64,000 nt of DNA, from the NCBI GenBank assembly GCA_963836435.1, contig CAWIJI010000015.1, positions 318-64,317 of the forward strand. The letters are read 5' to 3'. The notes below the pieces were generated by a model that was not told where the DNA came from, made no database searches, and worked only from the letters and a program-made list of their open reading frames with translations. Of this stretch, positions 20,956 to 29,932 are shown piece after piece (the stretch's first letter is position 1; every line of letters begins with the position of its first letter). This stretch comes from an uncultured Acidobacteriota bacterium. Lineage in GTDB: Bacteria; Acidobacteriota; Terriglobia; 20CM-2-55-15. Made by a program: the position numbers and the translations under genes.

Positions 20956-22521
20956 ATGCGCCACGTTCTTTTGCTGCTTCTAGTCATGGCTGCCGCATGC
21001 GGAACTTCGCTGGCGGCGGGTCCCGCCGACCTGATAGACGCCGTGCAGACGGGCAACACGGCCGCTGCAATCAAACTCATCGACGCCAGGGTCAATGTCA
21101 ACGGCACGAGCGCCGACGGCACCACCGCTCTTCACTGGGCCGTTCACAATGCGGATGCAGAGATGGTGGATCGCCTGATCCGAGCCGGCGCCGAGGTCAA
21201 CATCAAGAACGAATACGGTGTCAGTCCGATTATCGAAGCGGCTAACGTCGGCAACACTTCCGTTATCGAAAAGCTGTTGAAAGCTGGAGCGAGCGCGAAC
21301 ACGCCTGGCGTGGACGGCATGACGCCCCTGATGATCATCGCCCGCAGCACGAATGTCGCCGCGGCCAAACTTCTTTTGGATCACGGCGCCGACGTCAATG
21401 CCAAAGAGTCGCAGCGAAACCAGACGGCATTGATGTGGGCTGCCGGACAGAGCCAGGCGCCCATGGTGGCGTTACTTGTAAAGGCCGGCGCCGACGTCGA
21501 CGCGCGCGCAGCGGTGAACAACACCTCCACCGCCAGTTATAACCCCGCCGGCTTCATGGAATGGCCGGCCACGGTCAGCGCCGAACCCCGGGCAGGGCCG
21601 CGTGCCGCCGGCGGATTTACGGCGTTGCTGTACGCCGCACGGGAAGGCTGCACGGAATGCGCGAAGGCATTGGTCGACGGGAGAGTCGATGTCAACATGG
21701 CCGATCCGGAAGGTGTTACTCCTTTGATCATGGCCACCTGGAACCTGAACTTCGATACGGCGGCGGTTCTGATCAAGGCCGGCGCCGACGTCAACCGCTG
21801 GGACCTCTGGGGACGCAGCGCGCTGTGGTGCACCGTCGACGTCAACACGCTTCCCCATGGCGGACGCGCCGACCGGCCTTCACTCGATGACACCACCGGT
21901 CTCGATATCATCCGCATGCTGCTGGAAGCGGGCGCAAACCCCAACCTGCAGCTGAAACTCTTTCCCCCGTACCGCAACACCGGCTCGGACCGCGGTGTGG
22001 ACCGCATGTTGACCATTGGATCAACACCGCTGCTGAGAGCTGCAAAAGCACTCGATGCTCCCGCCGTCAGGCTGCTCGTCGAACACGGCGCCAACGTCGA
22101 CCTTCCCAATATTCAAGGCATTTCGCCCGTAATGGCGGCTGCCGGCCTGGGTTCCACGGACGCCGATACCCGCGGGTGGTACACCCCCGACGACACGGCC
22201 CAGCGGTCCGTCGATACGCTCAAGATCCTTCTCGATGCGGGGGCGGACGTGAATGCCAAGGATCCGACAGGCAAGACCCCTCTCCACGCCGCCGCGTTCT
22301 GGGGATGGAACGCTGCAGTCCAGCTCCTCGTGGACCGGGGCGCGGATCTGTACGCCAAGTCGCGTGACCCACGCAACCCTCAGGGCCCAGAGACGAAAAC
22401 AGTCATCGATTCCGCAATGGGCCGAAATGGCGGGAACAGCCGCGGCGGCGCGCGCATTGATGTCCATGAGGACACGGCGAAGCTGCTTGAAGACCTGATG
22501 AAAACGCATCCGCCCAAATAG
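20956..22521 (+). CDS. Exported ankyrin-repeat protein
   Basis: Signal peptide MRHVLLLLLVMAA, then many ankyrin repeats (GTTALHWAV, GMTPLMI, QTALMWAA, GFTALLYAA, GSTPLLRAA, GKTPLHAAA). Confidence 0.9.
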   Translation: MRHVLLLLLVMAAACGTSLAAGPADLIDAVQTGNTAAAIKLIDARVNVNGTSADGTTALHWAVHNADAEMVDRLIRAGAEVNIKNEYGVSPIIEAANVGNTSVIEKLLKAGASANTPGVDGMTPLMIIARSTNVAAAKLLLDHGADVNAKESQRNQTALMWAAGQSQAPMVALLVKAGADVDARAAVNNTSTASYNPAGFMEWPATVSAEPRAGPRAAGGFTALLYAAREGCTECAKALVDGRVDVNMADPEGVTPLIMATWNLNFDTAAVLIKAGADVNRWDLWGRSALWCTVDVNTLPHGGRADRPSLDDTTGLDIIRMLLEAGANPNLQLKLFPPYRNTGSDRGVDRMLTIGSTPLLRAAKALDAPAVRLLVEHGANVDLPNIQGISPVMAAAGLGSTDADTRGWYTPDDTAQRSVDTLKILLDAGADVNAKDPTGKTPLHAAAFWGWNAAVQLLVDRGADLYAKSRDPRNPQGPETKTVIDSAMGRNGGNSRGGARIDVHEDTAKLLEDLMKTHPPK

Positions 22522-22539
22522 GAGGCTCCGTCAGGGTAT

Positions 22540-23235
22540 TTGCGCGTGAACCCAGACCTTCCCAAGTCGTGGCTTGACGCAATCGGCGGAGAATTCGAGA
22601 AACCCTACTTCAAAAGCCTGTCAAAGTTCGTCGATGGCGAACGCCAGGCTTTTCCTTCAGGTATCTACCCCGCTGCCGAAAAGGTGTTCGCCGCCCTGCA
22701 GTTCACGCCCTTCGAACAGTTGAACATTCTGTTGCTCGGACAAGACCCTTACCCCGGCGAGGGGATGGCCCACGGACTGTGCTTTTCCGTCGACAAAGCT
22801 GTCCGCAAACTGCCGGCGTCTCTGAGAAACATATTCAGGGAACTGCAGAGCGATCTCGGGCTCCCCATACCCAACAACGGCTATCTGGTGCCGTGGGCCC
22901 GGCAAGGCGTGCTGATGCTCAACACGATCCTCACGCTCCGCGCCGGGAAACCCCTGTCGCACAAGGGCAAAGGTTGGGAGATCTTTACCGACGAGATCAT
23001 TCGCAAGATCAACGACAGGAGCGACCCCGTTATCTTTGTCTTGTGGGGAAGGCCCGCACAAGCGAAGATCAGCCTCATCGATACCCGGCGGCACATTATC
23101 ATTCAGAGTTCGCATCCTTCTCCGCTTTCCTGCCGGGGCTTCTTCGGCACGCGTCCATTCTCAGCAATCAATCGCGCCCTCAGCGCCGCCGGCAAACCTG
23201 AAATAGACTGGAGAATCCCAAGTCTCGCCGATTGA
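22540..23235 (+). CDS. ung: Uracil-DNA glycosylase, family 1
   Basis: GQDPY and HPSPLS catalytic motifs, AHGLCFSV, WARQGVLMLN, FVLWG. Confidence 0.93.
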   Translation: MRVNPDLPKSWLDAIGGEFEKPYFKSLSKFVDGERQAFPSGIYPAAEKVFAALQFTPFEQLNILLLGQDPYPGEGMAHGLCFSVDKAVRKLPASLRNIFRELQSDLGLPIPNNGYLVPWARQGVLMLNTILTLRAGKPLSHKGKGWEIFTDEIIRKINDRSDPVIFVLWGRPAQAKISLIDTRRHIIIQSSHPSPLSCRGFFGTRPFSAINRALSAAGKPEIDWRIPSLAD

Positions 23236-23417
23236 TGGACCGGCTTGGGACCTGTTTAGGCCCCTTGTTCGGTCAAAGTCGGCATCCAGGTAGTTTGGCG
23301 CACACGGCAGGAGTGGAGGGATTTCCGCGTTTTTCAGCGAAGTTGACAGACGCGCAAACGTGGATTCTCATAGACGTCTTCGCCGTGAAGACTCAAAGTC
23401 CATCTCGTGAACTCGAT

Positions 23418-24206
23418 ATGACCCAATTGGGAATGTGGCTGCTGGCCGTGATGTTCCTGGCCAGCGGCCTGCTGCTTATTGTGTTCCTGCTGAAAAACCG
23501 CTTTGAGCCCTTGGGCAGCGGCGGCTGGACCATCCGCGATGTCGTTCAACTTGCGGGAGTTATCCTGAATATCGTCGCACTTGCCATCGCCGTGGGCGCG
23601 ATTCAGGTAGCGGTCAGCAGCTACCAGGACAGCAAGACGGCGGAACTGAAGCATCAGCAGGAGCTGGAATTGTCGAGAAAGGCGCTGGAAGCCGTCGTGG
23701 CGACCGCACAAACAGAACAACAAGCGCTGGAGAACAATCTCGCGGTGGCCAAAGCCCAGACGGAAATGATTGCGGAGCAGGCGCAGCGCGAGAAGGAACG
23801 GCTGGCGCGCAAGCCACTGGTCGGTCTGCTATACGGCGAATCTGAAGTGAACACCCTTGCCAATCCCATTGAGGTCCACCGCGGAGCGGAGTTTACCCGC
23901 GTCAGCCTCAGCGTGCGGAATAACGGGGATGCGCCAGCGGTGAGAGGAATTGTGGTCGTTCTCGCGGATCCCCCCACCATCCAGGTCGATCGCGCGGACT
24001 TCCGGTTAGCCGACAGAAGAAACGAGCATCGGTTCGAGACCCCGATTCCCGACCTCCGCCCCTATGGCCAGACTCAGGACGAGTTCCCATTGCTGCTCGA
24101 TTTACACGGTACCATTCCCGACGACTTCACTATCAGTTTCAACATCTTCGGAGAAAACTTCGAGGCCGTCCGTCGAAAGGTCAGTTTCCACGTCCTGCCC
24201 GAGTAG
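23418..24206 (+). CDS. Hypothetical membrane protein (two TM segments, coiled coil, C-terminal beta domain)
   Basis: Hydrophobic MTQLGMWLLAVMFLASGLLLIVFLL and a second hydrophobic segment, then an E/Q/A/K-rich helix. Start placed at ATG 23418. Confidence 0.55.
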   Translation: MTQLGMWLLAVMFLASGLLLIVFLLKNRFEPLGSGGWTIRDVVQLAGVILNIVALAIAVGAIQVAVSSYQDSKTAELKHQQELELSRKALEAVVATAQTEQQALENNLAVAKAQTEMIAEQAQREKERLARKPLVGLLYGESEVNTLANPIEVHRGAEFTRVSLSVRNNGDAPAVRGIVVVLADPPTIQVDRADFRLADRRNEHRFETPIPDLRPYGQTQDEFPLLLDLHGTIPDDFTISFNIFGENFEAVRRKVSFHVLPE

Positions 24207-24214
24207 TCAGCCCG

Positions 24215-25333
24215 CTAACGCGCCCCGACAAACAGGTCGCGATAAGCCTGAATGCGGCCGCTGGTCACACCTTCCAGGCAGTCGTTGACCGAAAACAGAA
24301 AGGTGCGCCATTTCGCTGTGCTCTCAGGTATGGGAATACCCAGACGGATGCTGATGTCGCTGGTCACCGAGCGGACGAAGGTACTTGCAGAATCCAGGGG
24401 AAGCTTCGCAACGTTCGAATAGAACTGTCTGCCGTGCTGGCCCTGCTCGAAGAGATAGCGCTCCACGTTGGAAACATAGAAAACGTTGGCGACGGCGGAA
24501 TGCTCCTTCAAATACTGCCCGATACCGGCAATCGCCGTGTCTCCCGCGAAGTCTCCCACCAAGGGCACGACGAGATTCTGTCGTTCGAGTTCCTTGACGA
24601 TCCTGAAGTTCGCCTCGTTTGCGATGTAGCTCTGCTGATGCCCCTCCAGGTCCGTTGCCGCCATCAACTGCGCATAGTTTGGATTCGTCGTATCACCAAA
24701 GCCTTTGAGCGAACTGGGACCGGCCATTCGGAAGGCGTTCATCATCCGGCCTACGTCCGTTTTGTCGGTTTCCGTCAGCGGGAACCCATGGGTGTTCACG
24801 AGGCGGTCCATGACGGCTTTCAGGTTTTCCTCATAGTACACGTCGTCAACCGGAACGGATTGATAGGCGTCGAACAGAGCCCTGACGGTGGTGTTCGCAT
24901 CGAGACCCGCGGGGCGCCGGCGCGCGAACAGCCGGGAAACCAGGTCGGCGCGATCGTCAGCAATCTCGAACAGCGCCTTGTACATCAAGTGCTCGATCAT
25001 GTTATCCCGCCGGATATCGAGAATGAATGCCAACCGGGGCTCGATCGCCGCGATGTAGGTGAAGTTTTGCTCAGACCCAACGCCCAGAAAAACCCCGCCT
25101 TTCTTCGTGGACGCCTTCAGCATCGGGATCACGAACTGGGCCGAGTCCTCGTTCGACATGACTTGAAGGGGGAACACACCGCCTTTTTCCGACAGGTCGG
25201 TAACCAGCCGCCAGAATTCCTTGTCGCTGATCGTTTTCGGAAGTTCCGCGGACTTCGCAACGTCCGCGGAAACCGAGACCAGCAGGACGCCGCAGAGCAG
25301 ACTCGCCCAGAGATGTTTTCGCATGCGCGCCAT
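24215..25333 (-). CDS. Conserved hypothetical exported protein (LIC_10091-like)
   Basis: Signal peptide, then ISDKEFWRLVTDLSE and GGVFLGVGSEQNFTYIAAIEPRLAFILDIRRDNM...FYVSNVERYLF. Family name is recalled, not verified. Confidence 0.55.
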   Translation of the reverse strand: MARMRKHLWASLLCGVLLVSVSADVAKSAELPKTISDKEFWRLVTDLSEKGGVFPLQVMSNEDSAQFVIPMLKASTKKGGVFLGVGSEQNFTYIAAIEPRLAFILDIRRDNMIEHLMYKALFEIADDRADLVSRLFARRRPAGLDANTTVRALFDAYQSVPVDDVYYEENLKAVMDRLVNTHGFPLTETDKTDVGRMMNAFRMAGPSSLKGFGDTTNPNYAQLMAATDLEGHQQSYIANEANFRIVKELERQNLVVPLVGDFAGDTAIAGIGQYLKEHSAVANVFYVSNVERYLFEQGQHGRQFYSNVAKLPLDSASTFVRSVTSDISIRLGIPIPESTAKWRTFLFSVNDCLEGVTSGRIQAYRDLFVGAR

Positions 25334-25353
25334 TATATAGATAGAATTCAGCC

Positions 25354-25809
25354 ATGCACAAAGCACTCCTCGGGTTGTGGCTGCTGGCAATGCCGGGCTC
25401 GGGATTCGCTCAGAACAACTGCCTGGACCTTTCAGGCGTCTACCTGATTACAGACCAGGACGGGCAGGCTCTGCTCACCATCGCCCAGACCGGGTGCACA
25501 CAAATCAGAATCGATCGCAGGGCGACCTCGGGGGGCAAAACGACGTCAGAACAACACACTCTCAGGATCGACGGCCGGTTTCAGCCCGACACGCCATGGA
25601 TGGGAAGCACGGTCAAACTCCAAACTTCGGCAAAATTTACGTCGGGGGCTCTTGAGATCACGGCGCGGTCTGAGGCTCCACAGAACGCTTCGGACTTCCT
25701 CTGGAAACGTCTCATTGTCGTACGTTCCAACGGCGATCTCGACCTTCGAGAATTCAGCAGGCAGGACGACACCTATATACCTACGGCAACCGCCATCCGA
25801 CAGCAATAG
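25354..25809 (+). CDS. Hypothetical secreted protein
   Basis: 151-aa ORF with a signal-peptide-like N-terminus and beta-rich composition. Confidence 0.5.
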   Translation: MHKALLGLWLLAMPGSGFAQNNCLDLSGVYLITDQDGQALLTIAQTGCTQIRIDRRATSGGKTTSEQHTLRIDGRFQPDTPWMGSTVKLQTSAKFTSGALEITARSEAPQNASDFLWKRLIVVRSNGDLDLREFSRQDDTYIPTATAIRQQ

Positions 25810-25824
25810 CGGCCCTGGGCGGCG

Positions 25825-26532
25825 TCACTTCGCCTTCAACCACCTCGATACAGAGCCCAGGCACGCCTGAAGAAGGTTGGAAGAGGATACCTCTGTCCAC
25901 CAGATCGGATCGGACTGGACCTCTCCAAAGAGGCTGGCAACGTCTCGCTTCGCTTTCAACAACTCGAACGGCAATGCGGGATCGATAGGTTTGGGCGCGG
26001 CCGCCTCTTTCAACTGCGCAATCAGCCTCTGGGGTTGTTCCATATCCAGCATGGACAGCGGAGAACCGCAATGAGAACACACCGTGCCGGCCTCGAGATC
26101 GACCGGGCCGCCGCAGTTTGAGCAGTTCACGGTGCGAATGTGTTTCCGCAACTCCGCAATCTGCTTCGGCGAGAGCACACGGATAAAATCCTTCTCGCGA
26201 AGGAATTCGAAGTACCGGATCAGGCGGCCATGGCCATTATTGCACCGGAAGTAGCTGAACCGCGTGTTCCGCTGCATGTCCTGGGTGGGCCGCAGAGGAA
26301 TCGCGCAGCGCGGACAGTGCATCTGCTTTTCAAATGAAACCGGTCCCGCAGGTTTCTGTTCACCGATCATTTGCAGCAGGCTGAGCGTAGCGCCAGGAGA
26401 AAGTTGAAGGCTTTCGAATTTGTCGAACCAGAACACCTGACACGGGGCGCAGCGATCGATGGTGACCGACTTCCCCTGATGGCCTTCGAGCGTCATCACC
26501 ATCATTTCCGTGCTGCAATGCGGACAAATCAT
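25825..26532 (-). CDS. Zinc-ribbon (zf-TFIIB-like) protein
   Basis: MICPHC...IDRCAPCQVFWFD, CPRC, CSNC/CSHC. The ORF-track extension to 26631 runs through an inverted repeat and is rejected. Confidence 0.75.
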   Translation of the reverse strand: MICPHCSTEMMVMTLEGHQGKSVTIDRCAPCQVFWFDKFESLQLSPGATLSLLQMIGEQKPAGPVSFEKQMHCPRCAIPLRPTQDMQRNTRFSYFRCNNGHGRLIRYFEFLREKDFIRVLSPKQIAELRKHIRTVNCSNCGGPVDLEAGTVCSHCGSPLSMLDMEQPQRLIAQLKEAAAPKPIDPALPFELLKAKRDVASLFGEVQSDPIWWTEVSSSNLLQACLGSVSRWLKAK

Positions 26533-26554
26533 GAGCCTTATTGAATCATAAAAC

Positions 26555-26642
26555 AATTCGGGGCCGTGCACCTCGAACCCCAAATTCGAATTCCGTTGAG
26601 CCTTGGCTCTAATTGGGGGTTCGAGGTGCACGGCCCCGAATT
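26555..26642. repeat. 88-bp inverted-repeat element (32-bp arms, 1 mismatch)
   Basis: AATTCGGGGCCGTGCACCTCGAACCCCAAATT (26555-26586), 24-nt spacer, AATTGGGGGTTCGAGGTGCACGGCCCCGAATT (26611-26642). Confidence 0.85.
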
Positions 26643-26646
26643 TAGG

Positions 26647-27084
26647 TTAGGGTTTGATGATCTTTACCAGATAGTAGGTAATAGGGCTGGAGACTTCCTT
26701 GAACCAGTGCGGTGTACCGGCCGGCACGGCAACGATGTCTCCCTTGCTGAGGTGATGCGTCTGACCGCCCTGGATCTCGGTCCCCAGTTGCTGGTTCGGC
26801 CGGGTGACGCGGCCACCGACCATCGTCCCTCCGGTGACAAACGTGGCTTCGCCATCGAGGACGTAGAAGGTATCGGTCTCCTTGTCATGCACTTCCACCT
26901 GGCCGGGTCCGGATCGCTTCGCCATCGAAGCGGTAAAATCCGGGCCGCTTGCCAACGCCCCGCCGTTGGCAATGGCAGCCGACACCTTGTCGTGATCGAC
27001 ATAGGTCACATTGGCAGTTCCCTGGGCAAAGCTCATGGAAAGAGCGGTCGCAAACAATGTTATGGCAACGAGTAGACGCTTCAT
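26647..27084 (-). CDS. Secreted cupin-domain protein (paralog 1)
   Basis: Signal peptide; EVHDKETDTFYV and AGTPHWF cupin motifs. Confidence 0.8.
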   Translation of the reverse strand: MKRLLVAITLFATALSMSFAQGTANVTYVDHDKVSAAIANGGALASGPDFTASMAKRSGPGQVEVHDKETDTFYVLDGEATFVTGGTMVGGRVTRPNQQLGTEIQGGQTHHLSKGDIVAVPAGTPHWFKEVSSPITYYLVKIIKP

Positions 27085-27093
27085 CTTTTTCTC

Positions 27094-27525
27094 CTAAGGT
27101 TGGATGACCTTCACCACGTAATACGTAATCGAATGCGGAATCTGTTTGAACCAGTGCGGCGTGCCGGCACGGATCACAATAACGTCGCCCTTACTCAGGT
27201 GGTAGGTCTGTCCGCCCTGAATACTCGAGCCCAGTTCCTGGTTCGGCCTGCTGGTTCTGCCGCCGATCATGGTTCCGCCGGTAACGAAAGTCGCCTCTCC
27301 GTCGAGGACGTAAAAGGTGTCGGTTTCCTTCGCGTGCACTTCTACGCGGCCGGCCGCGGCGCGTTTCATCATCAGGACCTTGAAATCAGGCCCGGTAGCC
27401 AGGTTTGCGCCGCTGGCCGCCGCGGCGACCTTCGTATGGCCCACATAAGTTGCGCTTTGCCGTCCCTGCGCGGCCGTGATCGACAGACACGCCAGCAGGG
27501 CAGCCATGACCAGTCCGGTTTTCAT
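27094..27525 (-). CDS. Secreted cupin-domain protein (paralog 2)
   Basis: Signal peptide; EVHAKETDTFYV and AGTPHWF; near-identical core to the neighbouring gene. Confidence 0.8.
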   Translation of the reverse strand: MKTGLVMAALLACLSITAAQGRQSATYVGHTKVAAAASGANLATGPDFKVLMMKRAAAGRVEVHAKETDTFYVLDGEATFVTGGTMIGGRTSRPNQELGSSIQGGQTYHLSKGDVIVIRAGTPHWFKQIPHSITYYVVKVIQP

Positions 27526-27587
27526 TGAAAGAGAGACTACGCCAAAGATTGATCTACTCCAAGCCCGGCCACGTATACTTGCGACTC

Positions 27588-28430
27588 ATGCAAGGCAAGA
27601 CAGTTGTCATCACCGGTGCCACTTCGGGTATCGGCGAGGTAGCGGCGGGCAAGCTCGCCTCGATGGGCGCGCGGATCGTGTTTGTGGCGCGGGACGAGAC
27701 GCGGGGCGAAGCGACGGTCGCGCAGCTGGGGCGGCTGGGGCCGGGCCTGGATCACCGTGCGCACTATGCAGACCTGTCGCGCCTGTCGGAAATGAAACGC
27801 GTCGGCTCGGAAATCGCCGCGTCGGAAACCCGCATCGACGTCCTGATGAACAATGCAGGGGCGATGTTTGACCGCCGTTACGAGACCGAGGACGGCCTTG
27901 AACGGACATTCGCCCTCAATCACATGTCGTACTTCGTACTGACGCAGATGCTTCGCGAGCGGCTCCTGGCCGCTCCGGGGGCACGTATCGTCAACACGTC
28001 ATCGGACGCCCACCGCAGCGCGTCGGTCGACTTCAACGATCTTCAGCTCGCGGCCGGATATGGTGCCTTCAAAGCCTATTGCAAGTCGAAACTCTACAAC
28101 ATTCTCTTCACGCGGGAGTTGGCGCGACAGCTTCAGGGCACGGGAGTGATCGCCAACAGCCACCATCCCGGGTTTGTCGCGACACGGTTTGGCGACGGCG
28201 GAAAAGGTGTCGGCGCCGGGGTGTTCCGCCTCTTGAAGAACTTTGCGATTACACCCGAACAGGGGGCGCAAACCATGATCTATCTCGCCTCCTCGAAGGA
28301 GGCGGCGAGCATAAGCGGCGCCTATTTTTATAAATGCGTCCCGAAAGCACCGAGGCCGGCGGCCCAGGACGACGCAGCCGCAAAGCGGCTCTGGGAGGTG
28401 TCCGCGCGCATCGCAGGCCTTCCGGCCTGA
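27588..28430 (+). CDS. Short-chain dehydrogenase/reductase (retinol dehydrogenase-like)
   Basis: TGATSGIG, NNAG, VNTSS, YCKSK. Start placed at MQGKTVV. Confidence 0.88.
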   Translation: MQGKTVVITGATSGIGEVAAGKLASMGARIVFVARDETRGEATVAQLGRLGPGLDHRAHYADLSRLSEMKRVGSEIAASETRIDVLMNNAGAMFDRRYETEDGLERTFALNHMSYFVLTQMLRERLLAAPGARIVNTSSDAHRSASVDFNDLQLAAGYGAFKAYCKSKLYNILFTRELARQLQGTGVIANSHHPGFVATRFGDGGKGVGAGVFRLLKNFAITPEQGAQTMIYLASSKEAASISGAYFYKCVPKAPRPAAQDDAAAKRLWEVSARIAGLPA

Positions 28431-28434
28431 AATC

Positions 28435-29184
28435 CTACGACAGCAGGTTTCCCGCTCCAACAGCCACAGCAAGCACAAGCACTGTAGCGGCGAAAAGCTG
28501 CCTCAGCCTCGTCTCCGCCAGGCTGCTGGCCAGCATGGCGCCCGTCACCATCCCGCCCAGCGCAAAGAGCAGAAATCCGGCAAGCAACGGCCAATCGATG
28601 GCTGAGAAGCGGAGTTGGCCCGCTAGACCGGTGGAGGAATTGAGGGTGATGACGGCCAAGGAAGTTCCCGCCGCCAACTTTGAATCGAGACCGGCGAAGA
28701 AGACAAGGGCCGGAACGATGAGAAACCCACCACCGATGCCCAGGAATCCGGTCAGCAACCCGACGGCGAATCCCACAAGCAGGCACCGCGGCAGGCTGAA
28801 CGATCCCTTCTTCAACTTGCCGACCGTGGTGCGCCACATGCGGATGCCAACGATCAACATGATACCGGCAAACAACAGCATCAAACTTCGGCGCGACAGG
28901 AGATGCGTTCCGGAGGATCCCAGATAGGAACCGGCCATGCCTGTCACCGCAAACACGAGGGCGGGTTTCAGGGCAACGTTGCCGCGTCGCAGATGCAATA
29001 TTGCGCCCACGAGGCTTGTGACGCCGACGATGACCAGCGACATCCCCACGGCATTTTCCGCAGGTACACCGGCCACGTAAACGAGGACCGGAATAGTGAT
29101 GATGGAGCCGCCGCTCCCCAGCGCACCCAGCGACAAACCCACAAGTATCGCCAGGAGCATGGCGACGATCTGACCCAACACCAT
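28435..29184 (-). CDS. Sulfite exporter TauE/SafE family membrane protein
   Basis: GLSLGALGSGGSIITIPVLVY, AVGMSL, GFLGIGGGFLIVPAL, AAGTSL; duplicated halves. Confidence 0.88.
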   Translation of the reverse strand: MVLGQIVAMLLAILVGLSLGALGSGGSIITIPVLVYVAGVPAENAVGMSLVIVGVTSLVGAILHLRRGNVALKPALVFAVTGMAGSYLGSSGTHLLSRRSLMLLFAGIMLIVGIRMWRTTVGKLKKGSFSLPRCLLVGFAVGLLTGFLGIGGGFLIVPALVFFAGLDSKLAAGTSLAVITLNSSTGLAGQLRFSAIDWPLLAGFLLFALGGMVTGAMLASSLAETRLRQLFAATVLVLAVAVGAGNLLS

Positions 29185-29266
29185 AGATGAAGTTCCAACG
29201 AGCGAAACGTGTGCAATTTATCACGTTTTTGTTACCATCCTTTCCACGAACGAAAGCGAGGTTGCT

Positions 29267-29932
29267 ATGAGCGAGAAGACTTCATCGCCGCCGGCGCCCT
29301 TACCGCGACGGTCCTTTCTGACACAAGTGGGTGCAGGAGCTGCGGTCGGCGCGGGCGCGGCCCTAACGATTCCGGTTGCCACTGCCCAGTCTGTCGGCGG
29401 GGCGCGTTGGGAAGCGGCACGGCACGAACAGGATGACTGGTTCGATAAGATTCCCGGACAACACCGGCTCGTCTTCGACACGACTGAACCGAACGGGATG
29501 AGTTCCGCACTGACCTACGCCCAGAACTACTACACCGCAAATCAGTCGGGATATGGCCTTCAGAACGCCGACCTCGCTGTTGTTGTCATCGCCCGGCACT
29601 TCTCCACGCCGTTTGCCTACAACGAATCCATCTGGGAAAAGTACGGCGACCCGATTTCCAGTTTCGTCGACCGCAACAAGCCGGCGTCGAAGACAAACGC
29701 CTATACGAGGCAGCTGTCAGGACTCACGGGAAGAGGGATGCACCTTGCTGTCTGCCAGTTGGCAACCCGGGCACTGGCCGGTTCGATCGCCAGAGCTGTC
29801 AGTGGCAACACCGACGACATCGTTGCAGAGATTGTGGCGAACCTGGTGCCAAACTCCCACATGGTCGCTGCGGGAATCGTCGCCGTCGGACGAGCGCAGG
29901 AACACGGCTATGCGCTCGTCCACGCGGTTTAG
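29267..29932 (+). CDS. Tat-exported DsrE/DsrF-like protein
   Basis: RRSFLTQ Tat motif; HRLVFDTT, LAVVVIARH, HLAVCQLAT (DsrE-like Cys), VAAGIVAVGRAQEHGY. Confidence 0.6.
   Translation: MSEKTSSPPAPLPRRSFLTQVGAGAAVGAGAALTIPVATAQSVGGARWEAARHEQDDWFDKIPGQHRLVFDTTEPNGMSSALTYAQNYYTANQSGYGLQNADLAVVVIARHFSTPFAYNESIWEKYGDPISSFVDRNKPASKTNAYTRQLSGLTGRGMHLAVCQLATRALAGSIARAVSGNTDDIVAEIVANLVPNSHMVAAGIVAVGRAQEHGYALVHAV

Noticed and set aside
22540-23235. ung as part of the DUF1592 system or an anti-phage module
   Set aside because: Ordinary family 1 UNG, cytoplasmic, with no functional link to the exported neighbours beyond adjacency.
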